Position numbers and translations under genes: made by a program
IMG/VR virus record: IMGVR_UViG_3300023179_000073
Span: 1-64,000 of that record
Direction: 5' to 3' (one strand)
Source of the DNA: a virus
DNA: 64,000 nucleotides
Notes under the pieces: model-generated
Database searches by the model: none
What the model saw: the letters and a program-made list of their open reading frames with translations, nothing else
Told to the model about the DNA's origin: nothing
Part shown: piece by piece, positions 46,136 to 57,402 of the stretch
How positions within the stretch are numbered: the stretch's first letter is position 1
Layout of the letters: each line of letters begins with the position of its first letter

Positions 46136-47059
46136 CTATTTTAACATACTGCTAATAGAATTGTCAAACTGGAACTCCAGTTTTTTAATTGCATCATCAT
46201 CCATGTCGCCTATATCTTTATATTTTTTGTCTATATATACAGAAGTAACAATGGGTCCAAGTCTTTGAATTAACTTATCTCTCATTATTATTCCTGCATC
46301 ATCGTTATCTGCAATCAAAATAATATTATTAAAATACTTTTCTAATAGTTTTATTTGTGCTGCAGAAACATTAGCCCCTAGCGTAGCAACCGCAGGGAAT
46401 CCTACTTGATCCAACCTAATTGCATCAAAAGAAGACTCTACTACATAGACAATACTTGATGTTTTTATTCTATGTAAATTGAATAATGTCTTGCCTTTTG
46501 GCAGGCCAGGAGTATTCTTAAATTCTTTACCTTCAATTGTCCTGGCAACAAACCCTATACACATACCGTCTGGAGAGTGTATTGGAATTGTAACTGAATC
46601 TTGTTTTTCTGAATAGCCAAGGTTAAATTTAATTACTGAATCTTTGGTGATTTTTCTACCCTCGTAGTATCTGGTTGCCCTTGGAGATTCCAATGCTTGA
46701 TTATTTAATCTTTTAATTAATAATTCATCATACTGAACAAATTCTGGCTTACTTATTAATGCTTTGTTTACTGATGTTTCAATGCTAGTTTCTTGTTCTT
46801 TACTTTTAATATATCTTATTGCTTCAAAGTATGTCCTATTAGATATATACATTACAAACTCAACAAGAGTTTTTGTGGTTTGACATCCAAAACAAAAAAA
46901 CAATCCATGTTCTTTTGATACTTCTCCAGCAGGAGTTCTGTTGTTATTGTGATAAGGACAAAATATAATATAATCTGTTCCATACTCAGCCTCAATGTCA
47001 ATACCAGCACCAGTTAGTACACGATAAACTTGTTCTGCAGTATATGAATCTTTAACCAT
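46136..47059 (-). CDS. dnaG: DNA primase (CHC2 Zn finger + TOPRIM)
   Basis: CPYH...CFGC; VVESSFD; ADNDDAG; KDIGD. Confidence 0.9.
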   Translation of the reverse strand: MVKDSYTAEQVYRVLTGAGIDIEAEYGTDYIIFCPYHNNNRTPAGEVSKEHGLFFCFGCQTTKTLVEFVMYISNRTYFEAIRYIKSKEQETSIETSVNKALISKPEFVQYDELLIKRLNNQALESPRATRYYEGRKITKDSVIKFNLGYSEKQDSVTIPIHSPDGMCIGFVARTIEGKEFKNTPGLPKGKTLFNLHRIKTSSIVYVVESSFDAIRLDQVGFPAVATLGANVSAAQIKLLEKYFNNIILIADNDDAGIIMRDKLIQRLGPIVTSVYIDKKYKDIGDMDDDAIKKLEFQFDNSISSMLK

Positions 47060-48278
47060 TCTTGTCCTCGTAATCCTTGTAGCGATAGTATCCTCTATCA
47101 AAATCTACCTGAACTAAAAAGTCTCCCATAAAACCATTTCTGTTTTTTCTAAATACGCATTCAATAATATCACTATTGGTTGCACGACCAAGGGCCATTA
47201 CCCAGTCAGCATCATAAGCAATTTGTCTAGACCAAGCAGTTTGTCCTAAAGTTGGCGGGGTAGAAAGATCTTTAACATCATCTGGAGTAGCAGATGAAAT
47301 AGCAATAATAGGAACCTCTTCGCTAATAGACATTAGTTTAAGTTCTCGTGAAAGGTTTTTCATACGTACCGTTTCATTATCAGCCTTTTGGTTTGGTGAC
47401 ATTAATTGTAAATAATCAACAATAACAAAATCTGGTTTGTATTGATCAATTTTTCCACGTATAACTGAAGGAGTTAGATCTCCACCATTGTCATTAGATA
47501 TAATATGAAATTGTGGTTTACCTGCTAGTTTATCTGCATGCCATTTTTTAAGCATTTCAATCTCTACTTCACCGTTGCTAAGTTTACGATGAGACCACAA
47601 ACCTTCACCCATAATTGCAAATACACGATTACGGACCTCTGTTTCAGACATTTCAAGGCTTATGATAAGTGGGCTACGACCCTGTTTCCAAGCCTGTACA
47701 GCGAAATACAGAGCCAACCAAGACTTTCCAATGCCTGGATATGCAAGAAAGACTCCTAGTTGTCCTGGCATTATTCCAGAAGGTAGGTAGTTATCAAACC
47801 CTGGTAATCCTGTTTTAATTCCAATATGTCCAAGATCTTGCATTTTCTTTACGTTCTCAAAATAGGCAATTGCTGATTCAAGGTCTGTTACTTCAATATC
47901 TCTAATTGCAGCAGTATTCTTTTTTAGTTCTGATGTTTTTGTAATAAGATGTTCAAGGGCATTTGTTCCATTACCGCCTTGAACTTCAGATGCTGCGTTA
48001 CGTAAAATGTCTTTAAGGCTATCATTTAAATATTCGGTTTGTAATTCTTCAAGATGATGTTTAGTTGCACCAACACCTTCTACTGGAACAAAGTCTCTAA
48101 ACTTTTCTACAACTAATGATGCTGGTGGAACTGATTGATTATTTTCTGAATACAGCCTGATAAAATTCCAGACGTCATTATGAGTTCTTAAAAGGTTATC
48201 AACATTCGCTTGTAATAATACGTGTATTTGTTTATCATTTAATACTGCAGTTATTAACTTTGCTTCCGTATTATTCAC
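47052..48278 (-). CDS. dnaB: Replicative DNA helicase, DnaB family
   Basis: AYPGIGKS, SLEM, VIVDYLQ, YDAD, KNRNG. Confidence 0.92.
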   Translation of the reverse strand: MNNTEAKLITAVLNDKQIHVLLQANVDNLLRTHNDVWNFIRLYSENNQSVPPASLVVEKFRDFVPVEGVGATKHHLEELQTEYLNDSLKDILRNAASEVQGGNGTNALEHLITKTSELKKNTAAIRDIEVTDLESAIAYFENVKKMQDLGHIGIKTGLPGFDNYLPSGIMPGQLGVFLAYPGIGKSWLALYFAVQAWKQGRSPLIISLEMSETEVRNRVFAIMGEGLWSHRKLSNGEVEIEMLKKWHADKLAGKPQFHIISNDNGGDLTPSVIRGKIDQYKPDFVIVDYLQLMSPNQKADNETVRMKNLSRELKLMSISEEVPIIAISSATPDDVKDLSTPPTLGQTAWSRQIAYDADWVMALGRATNSDIIECVFRKNRNGFMGDFLVQVDFDRGYYRYKDYEDKNG

Positions 48279-48579
48279 TAATCCACTTCCTTGCCAATTT
48301 TCTTCGTTCTTCTCGCTCTTTAATATCTTGCTCTACTTCTATTTTACCACTAAGAATTTTTTCTGCATTATAAGCAAAATAATTCCAAGTAGGATTTTCT
48401 GCTATTTTAAAGTAATAATCTAACAAATCATAGCATTGAGAAATACCGTAAGACTCAACAAGAGCATCAGAAGCCCATTGCTCAACGTTAAGATTTATGT
48501 TGCTTTTGGCTTCATATTTTTGTAGATGTAGTTTATTATACCTACTTAGCAAAGCCATACGGTCTTTGCGTTCTGCCAC
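48271..48579 (-). CDS. Hypothetical protein (possible helicase loader)
   Basis: Coupled immediately upstream of dnaB; function inferred from position only. Confidence 0.5.
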   Translation of the reverse strand: MAERKDRMALLSRYNKLHLQKYEAKSNINLNVEQWASDALVESYGISQCYDLLDYYFKIAENPTWNYFAYNAEKILSGKIEVEQDIKEREERRKLARKWISE

Positions 48580-48788
48580 TATTCGCCTTTAAATTCTTTT
48601 GCTTCGTTACTTTTCTCAATTAGTTTGTTTTCAACAAACTTATACACACGCTCAAATGCTTGATCTATATTTTCTTCATCACGCTTGTAGTCAACAATAC
48701 CAAGGTCAAACCTTACTGATTGGAAATTGCCTAGATTATGTGTATATCCTAGTGTTACTGATACTTTTGTATTTTTATTTTCTTCCAT
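48579..48788 (-). CDS. Conserved phage hypothetical protein
   Basis: LGYTHNLGNFQSVRFD. Confidence 0.65.
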   Translation of the reverse strand: MEENKNTKVSVTLGYTHNLGNFQSVRFDLGIVDYKRDEENIDQAFERVYKFVENKLIEKSNEAKEFKGE

Positions 48789-48806
48789 ACCCCACCTTTT
48801 CTATTA

Positions 48807-49349
48807 TTAAATATTCTCTGCCCAAACAGGAATAAATCTGCCATCCTCTGTCTTCGTATATGTAAGTATACCGTCACCCATGCGCCTTGTCAATTCTTGG
48901 CTTGTAGGTGTCATATTATTTGTTATAAGTCCATCTTTTCTTGGTTGTCCTATATGTATAGTAGCCAGTATAGCACGAATCTCTTTAACCATGCTTTCTG
49001 AATAATATGATCTAATTCTAAAACCACGCTCTCCATTTAACTTAGCCCCAACTGGTGGCGGGATCATTCCAGTCTTAATTAACTTAGGCATATATTTTCT
49101 ATGACGATTAATTAATTTAGCAGTCTCTGCTACTGTATATGCACGTTCCCTGTTTTTTCTAAAATCAGCACGAAGACAAGTTTCAAGTCTATCTTTTGTA
49201 ATATTATAAACAGAGACAAGTCCTGTGGATCTTGAACTATGATGAAGTCTAACTAAATCACCATTAAGAAACCATATTTTTTGATTACCCTTAATTACAG
49301 TGGCGTTATTGTATATTTCGCCCTGAATAATTCCTTTGCTAGTAACCAT
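48807..49349 (-). CDS. MerR/excisionase-like HTH DNA-binding protein
   Basis: YTVAETAKLINRH...GMIPPP...RSYYSE. Confidence 0.65.
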   Translation of the reverse strand: MVTSKGIIQGEIYNNATVIKGNQKIWFLNGDLVRLHHSSRSTGLVSVYNITKDRLETCLRADFRKNRERAYTVAETAKLINRHRKYMPKLIKTGMIPPPVGAKLNGERGFRIRSYYSESMVKEIRAILATIHIGQPRKDGLITNNMTPTSQELTRRMGDGILTYTKTEDGRFIPVWAENI

Positions 49350-49486
49350 CTTCCCTGTTCACTTTCTGTCGGTGGATGAAAAAATGATCTTGATCCACAG
49401 ACCATACAATAAGTTTCCATATGTTGCAAACTACTATATTGTCTATCAATAAAGAGTCTGCCATTGCATTTTTTGCAATAAAGCAT
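49295..49486 (-). CDS. Zinc-ribbon protein
   Basis: CKKC...CMVC. Confidence 0.65.
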   Translation of the reverse strand: MLYCKKCNGRLFIDRQYSSLQHMETYCMVCGSRSFFHPPTESEQGRWLLAKELFRAKYTITPL

Positions 49487-49502
49487 TTTTTAATTTTTAT
49501 CC

Positions 49503-49943
49503 TTAGTTTGGAATTCCAACAATAATTAAATTTACTGCTAGAGATAAATTACCAGATGCTCCAAATCTTACAGCACCTTCAATTCTAGATGTAGTTACAG
49601 TATTTAAAACAACGCTAATATTTTGTCCCGCTGGCGTTTGTCCAATATTAACTGGTGTTGCTGTAACAATTGGAGGGTATTTAAAGTCGCTAAGATCATA
49701 TGTAAAAGTTTTTTCGTTTCCAGCAGTAACAGTTGCATCACTGTAAATAGGAACATATGCACCAATTATTCTGGTTTCTGATGTTTTTGTATTTTGTTTA
49801 CCTGCAGTTACAGTATCTATAGTTGTATAGTTATATGTTGCAGATGATACTTGTGTAGATAAATCATTTACAGCATCAACAAGTGAATATAAATATGTAA
49901 CATCAAGGGGTTGCCCTCTTTCTGGTAGCGGTACTTTAGCCAT
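49503..49943 (-). CDS. Putative tail-tip/minor structural protein
   Basis: End of the tail operon; FKYPPIVTATP...LIIVG resembles gp53/H-lectin-like tail domains. Confidence 0.55.
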   Translation of the reverse strand: MAKVPLPERGQPLDVTYLYSLVDAVNDLSTQVSSATYNYTTIDTVTAGKQNTKTSETRIIGAYVPIYSDATVTAGNEKTFTYDLSDFKYPPIVTATPVNIGQTPAGQNISVVLNTVTTSRIEGAVRFGASGNLSLAVNLIIVGIPN

Positions 49944-49960
49944 TATTTCCTCCTATTTGA

Positions 49961-50386
49961 TTATACCAAAACTTCAATGCCTGAATCATATATTTCAAGA
50001 CCTGCATTTAATACTTTACTTGATGATTCAACTTGAATAATAACACGAACATTTGTTACTCCAGTATTAATAAAAGAGTATGTGTGTATTGGAGATGTTC
50101 CATGATAGATTGGGGTAGTATTATCAAATCCAACAAAAATATCATATTTTGGTCTATTTAATTCATCATCCCATACAACAGTAGTAATTGTTTCCGTAAT
50201 TTGCAATGCTCCAGTAACTGATGCAATAGAATCATCTTCAACAATATTTATTGGAGACCATTGAGAAGTTCTGTTTTTATCATCAGAAACAATCCTATAT
50301 CTAAAGATATACCCAACACTATCAGAGTTTATTGCTGGTAATAATGCCTTTTTAATAATTACTTTTTTAATACCTGAATCAGCCAT
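49961..50386 (-). CDS. Putative minor tail protein
   Basis: FN3-like RYRIVSDDKNRTSQWS; tail operon. Confidence 0.55.
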   Translation of the reverse strand: MADSGIKKVIIKKALLPAINSDSVGYIFRYRIVSDDKNRTSQWSPINIVEDDSIASVTGALQITETITTVVWDDELNRPKYDIFVGFDNTTPIYHGTSPIHTYSFINTGVTNVRVIIQVESSSKVLNAGLEIYDSGIEVLV

Positions 50387-51555
50387 TATGATTGTATTCC
50401 GCCAGAAACGTCTACAGAAAATCTAAATTCAATATAATTATTTGTGTTAGGATTTTTAATGATTGGCGATGCATCTGCGTTCTGAATAACTGAATATCCT
50501 GTTAGTCCATATAATGGATTTACTGTTGCAATGTTTTCTAATCTTAATGAATCTAAAGCAACATAATAATCTGGCGATGGAACTAATGATGGGCCACTAT
50601 CTTCTTCAAGGACACATGCGTATATTTTAATGTTTGTTACTGCATCCCATGTAAAGTTTGCACTTCTATATAATTCTTGAAGTTGTTTAGTTACAACAAA
50701 ATATCTTTCAGTGGAAAAGTCATACGCTCCACCACTACTATCATCTAAAACTTCCGCTTCAAGTCTTGCAAATTCATTTCCATTTGTAGATGCAAACTCA
50801 ACAAGAACTCTTACTGTATGTGGAACTAAGGCTGAGTCTCCATCTTTATTTATTAAAGAAAATGCTAAACGCAATTCATCTGTAGGAGAGTTTTTGTTAA
50901 AATCAATTGCAGTTCCAGTTAAGCGTATATAGTTAGAATCTTCTTCAACTACAAAATGATCTAGTGTTGGACCGCTATCTTCGCTAATTGTAAGATGTGC
51001 TTCGTCACCTTGAATCATAATAATATTATTTAAAAATCTTGGCCTTTCATATCTTTCGGCTCTGTTTGTTTTAAAAAATATTGGATTATCAGATGCGGTT
51101 TGAAACACAGGATCTTCAATTGCAATAATATTATTATTTTCTGGTTGATCAAGTGCTGATAAAAATGTATCAATTTCTACTGCTGCGCCTATAGATTGAT
51201 ATTCCCAATTTTCTGTTTGTGTAAAAGCAAATACAGTTTTACTATCATATGCACCAGCAGCGGGATTAAAGCCTGCTGAATAAATTCCTACTTCTGTTAT
51301 TTCATATCTTTCTTCTGTAGGTAATTCTGCAGTTAATACAATTTTATCTATACCGCCTTCATTTACAAAACCTCTTGAAGAAATTGGTACACGAAACATT
51401 TCAAAATCTAAATTATTTTTTGTTGAGTAATCGCCTAATTCATCTCCTGTTGCCAACGGGGTAGCACCACAACCAACAGCCAAATATGAAGCATACGCTG
51501 GAGCCTGTCCAAGCAGGTATTTAGCAATAATATTTTTACCAGTATTAGTTATCAT
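50386..51555 (-). CDS. Putative minor tail/baseplate protein
   Basis: MITNTGK...YLAVG...LDFEMFR...ITEVGIY, typical of a tail-fibre attachment N-terminus. Confidence 0.65.
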   Translation of the reverse strand: MITNTGKNIIAKYLLGQAPAYASYLAVGCGATPLATGDELGDYSTKNNLDFEMFRVPISSRGFVNEGGIDKIVLTAELPTEERYEITEVGIYSAGFNPAAGAYDSKTVFAFTQTENWEYQSIGAAVEIDTFLSALDQPENNNIIAIEDPVFQTASDNPIFFKTNRAERYERPRFLNNIIMIQGDEAHLTISEDSGPTLDHFVVEEDSNYIRLTGTAIDFNKNSPTDELRLAFSLINKDGDSALVPHTVRVLVEFASTNGNEFARLEAEVLDDSSGGAYDFSTERYFVVTKQLQELYRSANFTWDAVTNIKIYACVLEEDSGPSLVPSPDYYVALDSLRLENIATVNPLYGLTGYSVIQNADASPIIKNPNTNNYIEFRFSVDVSGGIQS

Positions 51556-52403
51556 GATGCATATTCTCCAAGGTCTGCCTCATATATTGTACCACTTGTA
51601 GTTATTTGTGTTTCTACTTGTTCATCATTGTTTAAATTAATAAACTCAATAACCAAGTCTCCTAATTCATTTAAATAAACATTACTACCGTTTGCCCCAT
51701 TGCCCTCTTCTGGAATTTTATTTTCTAATTTTATAGCAAATCCAGCAAAAAATTTATCAGAAGTTTTTTGTAGTCCAAGAATATTGTTTGGGTTGTACTG
51801 TTGTTGTATTGCAGATAAATTTTTAATTGGCTGATATGATATTTTTTGTCCATTAACAATGTCAGATCTTGTTATACTTAACAATTCTTGACCACCAATA
51901 TCTTCAAATATTAAATCAGCCATTACCTCTATTGGCACTGCTTCTTCGTCAAACAAAACGGTATCTATTGGTGCTGTTTTAACTGGAGCAGTTTCTACAG
52001 AAAACATTCTCATTGCTGGTGTTATTTCTGGTACTGCTGGGGTTGCAGTAATATTTGCAGATTCAGGTGCTGGAGCCTTTATTACTCCAGAATCTAGTGA
52101 TCTTCCAAAATACTCTGCTTCTTTTTTATTTAAAATTGCAAGCATTGCCATAGAATCTATATGACCATTTGAAAGTGTTACTGATGCTCTTTCATTTGCT
52201 GTTAACTGTTGATATGCAGGTACATCATTAAAATATCCTTGAGCATTTACTCCACCTCTACGCTCAACTTCTGCTGCTCCAACAATTCCTATTGCTTCTG
52301 CTGTTTTAGCAGCATCAATTGCATTACTAACTACATTGCCTGCTTCATTTGCTAAGTTCCTACCCATTTCTTTTGCCCAGTTTTGGCTATCTGCATAACC
52401 CAT
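51552..52403 (-). CDS. Putative minor tail protein
   Basis: Tail operon position. Confidence 0.55.
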   Translation of the reverse strand: MGYADSQNWAKEMGRNLANEAGNVVSNAIDAAKTAEAIGIVGAAEVERRGGVNAQGYFNDVPAYQQLTANERASVTLSNGHIDSMAMLAILNKKEAEYFGRSLDSGVIKAPAPESANITATPAVPEITPAMRMFSVETAPVKTAPIDTVLFDEEAVPIEVMADLIFEDIGGQELLSITRSDIVNGQKISYQPIKNLSAIQQQYNPNNILGLQKTSDKFFAGFAIKLENKIPEEGNGANGSNVYLNELGDLVIEFINLNNDEQVETQITTSGTIYEADLGEYAS

Positions 52404-52404
52404 T

Positions 52405-55400
52405 TTATACCTCCGCCAAATAAACTGTCATGTCTGGACCATTTATTTTTCTTGTATAATCAATATTATATACTACAAACTTAGAATCTGTAGATGTTAC
52501 TAAATCTATGTTATTGGAATCTTTATAATTAATATTTACCATATCGCCTAACTGAATTGTTGGAGTTGCAAATATTTTAATACCAATAGATTTTTTAGGT
52601 TCCATTAATTTATCAATTAACCAACCCATTAAACTTTCTGCATCGTCTTGTGTTTGAATATATGGACTTTCTAAAGTAAATTCATTATTTCCATAAATCA
52701 TTCTACTTAATTTAATATTATCAAACTTTTGTTTTTGTACTAATGTAGATGTAATTAATGAAGATCCAGTTAGTTCAGGATTAGCAAAATTGCTTTTCTT
52801 TTTAAAATAATTATCAACAGTAAGTTCATGTGTTGTGTCTTGTGTAAATGTTATACCTTGAATTTTTAAATAGTTTCCCGTAGTTTCGTCAAGGTTTAAT
52901 GCTGTATCTGTAGAGTTAAATATTAAAAATTCTGCCCCATAGGAGTCTGCATAAAATCCAGATGTGGTATATGTTTTAATTCTATTAAAAGTTGGAGATA
53001 ATTGAGCATAAAGAGCGGGGTATGCACGATCATATTTTATATCAAAATAAGCACACTCTCTCATAATAGAGCCAAACTCTTCAAAATACATATTGTATTT
53101 AGGTGGTTGTTGAGAACTTATGCCAGATAGGTAAGTTGATTGAACTACTCCGCTCATTGCATATTTTCTAAATGATTCATTAATGTTTATTACATTATCT
53201 CCAAAAAGATTTGTCTTGGTATTAAAGGTTCCAGACTCTTCTGTTTGTCCAAAAGTTTTAGGAATTATTTCAGACAATGTTGACACTGTATTTTGTGAAT
53301 AATTTGCAGACAGGGCATAAATGTTTTCAAACATACATCTAGAAGATCCACGAACAAATGGAGCCATGTTGTTGTAGGTTGGAAGTGGATCTGGGTCGTC
53401 AACTATTTTAATTAACTTATTATTAATATATAAATAAAATCTTCTTATCTTTCCAATATCTTCATACTCTACTGCTAAATCATATACTGTTGGATTTTCT
53501 TCTGCAGTAGTTCTATACTGTCCAGTAAATCTTCCGTCATCAACAATAATTTTTGATAACCCGCCCCAAAGTTTTATTGGAATTGCTTCATTGTTAGATG
53601 CATTTTTTTTAATTTTATAAAACACAATATTGTTAATAGATATATTAGATTCGCCTTGATTGTTTAAATTTAAATAAGAATTTATATTTTCTTCTGTTAA
53701 TGCAACAATTTCAAAATAATATCCATTGTTTGTTTCTGGATTAAGAAGAACTGCTAAACCTCCAGATCCACCACCAATGGATACTGGTTTGTCTGGTTGT
53801 GCTCCAGAAACCTGATAGTATGTTGTACTTCCAGTTGGTGTCTGAGTACGGTTTTCATTGTTTTCAATTTTACCAATAATTCTTATTCTTGTTCCAAAAT
53901 GCCTATATGCATTGTCTAATTCTTTGTATACATAAGAAACTAGTTTTATTGCTGTTTCTGTTGTTGTAAATGATGGACCACTCATTACTAAAGCAGAAGA
54001 CTGAATTGTTCCAGACTGAGTTGATAGTGTGCTGTTGGTTGGAGTTTCTGTTAAATGACTTGATGACATAAAATTCTTTATTGTTCCACCTCTAGATGTT
54101 TGCTGTGCTTTGTCATTATTTTCTCCAGCAACGCCCAAAGTTGTTTCTGGTAATGAAATATCTTCTAGTAAGGCTGTTGTAAATAAATATTGATCTTCCA
54201 TTTCACAACCTCTTACATAGTCATTATTTGACCAATAAGGATTAATGACTGCAGTATGCTCTGTAATTGTTGTTCCAAATTGTCCACGACCGTGTTCAGA
54301 TACCGCTCCATTTTCTAAAAGAGTTGTACCATCAACTGTTTCAAGTTTTGGAACTGAATATATTCTTATTAAGCCTGTTGGGTATATTTTTCCATTAAAA
54401 GGAAGAGATTTAAAATAATTTTGATATTCTTGATTGCTTGTAATCCAAACATTTCCTACACCAGTAACGTTAAACTGTGCTGCATCATATTTAATAATTT
54501 CACCGTTAGAATAAAAATATCCTTGATATCTTGTAAGCCAATAAACATTTTCTCCTAAGTCTAAAACATTATTTACAACTACACGATTTACAACAGTTGG
54601 AGCCACGGCAGGTAAGTCTGAATTAAGTGGCATTGCGCCTAAAACATATTTACCTTGTTTTGATGCAACCTCATTTATTGTTTTAGTTGAATCAGTTCCT
54701 GAAACTTCCCACAATAAGGCAGGTTTATAAATCCAAGTTTTTTCTTTATCTATCATACTTGATTGACGAATAGATCCATAAGATCTTTGTATATATCTAG
54801 ACGTATAGTTTATTTTTCCATTATTATAAACTTTTTTATCTTCTGATGCTATAGAAATAATATTAGGAACTGTACCAGATGTTTGATTTTCAATAATTCC
54901 ATCTTGTGTTTGATTGTTGGATCCAGATAAAGTCATATTTATTGTTCTTGATGTTGATAGCATATAGTTTTTGCTCATTACAATAAAATTATTATATTCA
55001 TCAAAAAACATTGCACTTTGTGTTGCTACTGCTAATTGATTTAAAACTTCTGCAACAGTTTGGTCTGGAGCAATAAAGAAAAACGGAATAATTGGTTCTG
55101 ATTCATCGGTTTCTCTATAAAATGCATAATTGCTAAAACCAATATAATCAAGCAATAAACTAATTGCGTAACTAAGTGATACCTCTGTTACCAGCATTCT
55201 TGGTGCTGGATTTGATTCTAAGAAAAAATAAAAATCTCTTAATTGAAGTTGCAATGATCCAGCAGTAACATCTGCTTGTGGAAAACCATCTGAGTATAAA
55301 GTTTTAATAGGAACCCAATAGTCAAACCTTTCTACATTCAGTATTTTTTCATAGAAATTAAATTTAATGTTTTTGCGAATGTAGTCTTTTACGATGCTTG

Positions 55401-56766
55401 AAGAGTTATTATCATTAAAGGCTTGATCATCATCAAACAAAGATAGCGAGCCAGTTGATGCAAGCAATTGACCTACTGGCAAGGCAGAACTGCCAAGGTC
55501 TGAAAGAATCTTTTTAACATTGTATTCAACAACCTTGTCTGATATATCTACCACTAGCCTTGGAGACATTTCAATTAAATCAAAGGTAGAATCAAACTTA
55601 TTCATTCTTTCTACCGCCACTCTTATGCCACGGATATTTTGAAACTCTCTGTATACCGTGCTGCCATTAGTTCCTTCTTTAAAATATGCGGGATTAGTTA
55701 AATCTTTTACAAAAGTTGTTTTATTATTTATTTCTTCATTGCCAAGTATCCAGCCATATGAAGGGGTAAAGGTTTCATATTCATTTGTTGTCCCATTCCA
55801 AATACTAAATTCTCCAACTTCTTCATCATTTTCAACAACTAAATAAGAATAGCCATTTATTGATTCTTCTGGTAGTAAAGTTGTTGAAGAAAGTGTTTCT
55901 ACAAAAATAAAACTGTCTTTAAATTTATCTGGTATATTTGTTATTCCATATTGTAATTCAACATATCCATCATGCTTAACGATTTGTGTTCCATCTTCAC
56001 GTAAATCATTTTCATTAAATACATAGGCATCTGTCCAGTTATTTCCATCTAAATATTGAATTCTCCATCTTGTTGGAGTTGTTCTATTGCTATTTCCAAA
56101 AAATGGATCTGCAAATGTGGTTGTAAGGTTTGTAAAAGTACCAAGATCAATGTCTCCCACGTTTGTTTGCATTTTAACTACAATCCTATTTGCTGGTACA
56201 TTTTGTTTATAAACCACAAAAGGAACTGCATCGTCTATATAGTAATTTCCATTAACAGTTATATTTGCAATACCTCTTTCAGTACCATTTTCTGTTCTAT
56301 AAGATGTAAAATATTTAAATTGATCATATCTTGAAGCCATGTAATATCTTGGTCTTCTTGCAAGTTCTCTACCAGAGTTGGATAAAAACTTACCTTTAAA
56401 TGCTGTTGCTTTGTTAATTCCTGATCTTGGTCTAAATGGTTTGACGCAATCCTCAAGAGAATATAATAATTTTAGTTTTTCTTTAGTAGATGTAAAGGTT
56501 TGTGGCGTTCCATCATTTTCAAACCCTCCATCAATAACAACATCTGCATCCGTTGCTCCTGTATAAAATAGACCAGTATCTGCTGGGTCAAATGTATTTA
56601 ATAATGTTAAGAATTGAGAGTTTTGTTCTTGTGATCTGTATCTATAGTTGCCAAGTTTAAATATATTATCTGGCATATTCATATTCCACTCAGCAAGAAC
56701 TAGTGACTGAGTTTGTATTGTTCCAGATGTTTCAAAGTGGTTTTTTAATTCGGTACTTTCAAACAT
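52405..56766 (-). CDS. Large minor tail / baseplate hub protein
   Basis: 1453 aa, second gene after the TMP; hub-like AMFFDEYNNFIV and C-terminal IQLGDMV. Confidence 0.7.
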   Translation of the reverse strand: MFESTELKNHFETSGTIQTQSLVLAEWNMNMPDNIFKLGNYRYRSQEQNSQFLTLLNTFDPADTGLFYTGATDADVVIDGGFENDGTPQTFTSTKEKLKLLYSLEDCVKPFRPRSGINKATAFKGKFLSNSGRELARRPRYYMASRYDQFKYFTSYRTENGTERGIANITVNGNYYIDDAVPFVVYKQNVPANRIVVKMQTNVGDIDLGTFTNLTTTFADPFFGNSNRTTPTRWRIQYLDGNNWTDAYVFNENDLREDGTQIVKHDGYVELQYGITNIPDKFKDSFIFVETLSSTTLLPEESINGYSYLVVENDEEVGEFSIWNGTTNEYETFTPSYGWILGNEEINNKTTFVKDLTNPAYFKEGTNGSTVYREFQNIRGIRVAVERMNKFDSTFDLIEMSPRLVVDISDKVVEYNVKKILSDLGSSALPVGQLLASTGSLSLFDDDQAFNDNNSSSIVKDYIRKNIKFNFYEKILNVERFDYWVPIKTLYSDGFPQADVTAGSLQLQLRDFYFFLESNPAPRMLVTEVSLSYAISLLLDYIGFSNYAFYRETDESEPIIPFFFIAPDQTVAEVLNQLAVATQSAMFFDEYNNFIVMSKNYMLSTSRTINMTLSGSNNQTQDGIIENQTSGTVPNIISIASEDKKVYNNGKINYTSRYIQRSYGSIRQSSMIDKEKTWIYKPALLWEVSGTDSTKTINEVASKQGKYVLGAMPLNSDLPAVAPTVVNRVVVNNVLDLGENVYWLTRYQGYFYSNGEIIKYDAAQFNVTGVGNVWITSNQEYQNYFKSLPFNGKIYPTGLIRIYSVPKLETVDGTTLLENGAVSEHGRGQFGTTITEHTAVINPYWSNNDYVRGCEMEDQYLFTTALLEDISLPETTLGVAGENNDKAQQTSRGGTIKNFMSSSHLTETPTNSTLSTQSGTIQSSALVMSGPSFTTTETAIKLVSYVYKELDNAYRHFGTRIRIIGKIENNENRTQTPTGSTTYYQVSGAQPDKPVSIGGGSGGLAVLLNPETNNGYYFEIVALTEENINSYLNLNNQGESNISINNIVFYKIKKNASNNEAIPIKLWGGLSKIIVDDGRFTGQYRTTAEENPTVYDLAVEYEDIGKIRRFYLYINNKLIKIVDDPDPLPTYNNMAPFVRGSSRCMFENIYALSANYSQNTVSTLSEIIPKTFGQTEESGTFNTKTNLFGDNVININESFRKYAMSGVVQSTYLSGISSQQPPKYNMYFEEFGSIMRECAYFDIKYDRAYPALYAQLSPTFNRIKTYTTSGFYADSYGAEFLIFNSTDTALNLDETTGNYLKIQGITFTQDTTHELTVDNYFKKKSNFANPELTGSSLITSTLVQKQKFDNIKLSRMIYGNNEFTLESPYIQTQDDAESLMGWLIDKLMEPKKSIGIKIFATPTIQLGDMVNINYKDSNNIDLVTSTDSKFVVYNIDYTRKINGPDMTVYLAEV

Positions 56767-57402
56767 TTAGACTTCTTCCAGTGTTACCGATATATTCCAA
56801 AGGTCATGATTTGTTCCACCACGTTTTACGACGGAATAACTAAAGTCTGCAAAATATACTTGAATAATTTGATTATATCTATTTAAAGCATTATACTGAT
56901 AATTCTGTCCTTCAAAATTTGTATATTTATCATAAGCCAAATACATCCAGAAGGGGCCTTGATGGTTTTCATACCAGTCAAGTAGTTCTACGCCACCTGC
57001 ACCACCATCTGCCGTATATTCATCTGTTGTTCTTATATCTGGTGATAGTCCTGTTGTTTCATTATATTCCGCCAAACCTGCGTACCCTCTTGATGGAAGC
57101 ATGTTCCAGGATACTGACATGCTTAACTTATCTGCAATGTGATATGAGCGCATACGACCATTAATAGTTCTTTGACGTTGCTCAATTCGCTGGGTATTGA
57201 ATTGCATATCCCCTCTATTATGATCAGATAAAATAATAAATTGATCTAATAGGTCTGGATCTGTTTCTGCTGTATCTGCTCCAACCTCAATGCCAGTAGG
57301 CACGTAGAAACCATTGCTAAGCGTTCCAGCATTGTTTGCCCACAAAATTCCTTGTGGCCTACTAAATCTACGTCGTCCAGTTAAATATGCGCTGGTAGCC
57401 AT
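56767..57402 (-). CDS. Distal tail protein (Dit-like)
   Basis: Immediately after the TMP; C-terminal WNISVTLEEV. Confidence 0.65.
   Translation of the reverse strand: MATSAYLTGRRRFSRPQGILWANNAGTLSNGFYVPTGIEVGADTAETDPDLLDQFIILSDHNRGDMQFNTQRIEQRQRTINGRMRSYHIADKLSMSVSWNMLPSRGYAGLAEYNETTGLSPDIRTTDEYTADGGAGGVELLDWYENHQGPFWMYLAYDKYTNFEGQNYQYNALNRYNQIIQVYFADFSYSVVKRGGTNHDLWNISVTLEEV

Noticed and set aside
41842-48278. Inteins or introns in DnaE, DnaB or primase
   Set aside because: Protein lengths are normal and no intein C/S...HN motifs or frame interruptions are apparent
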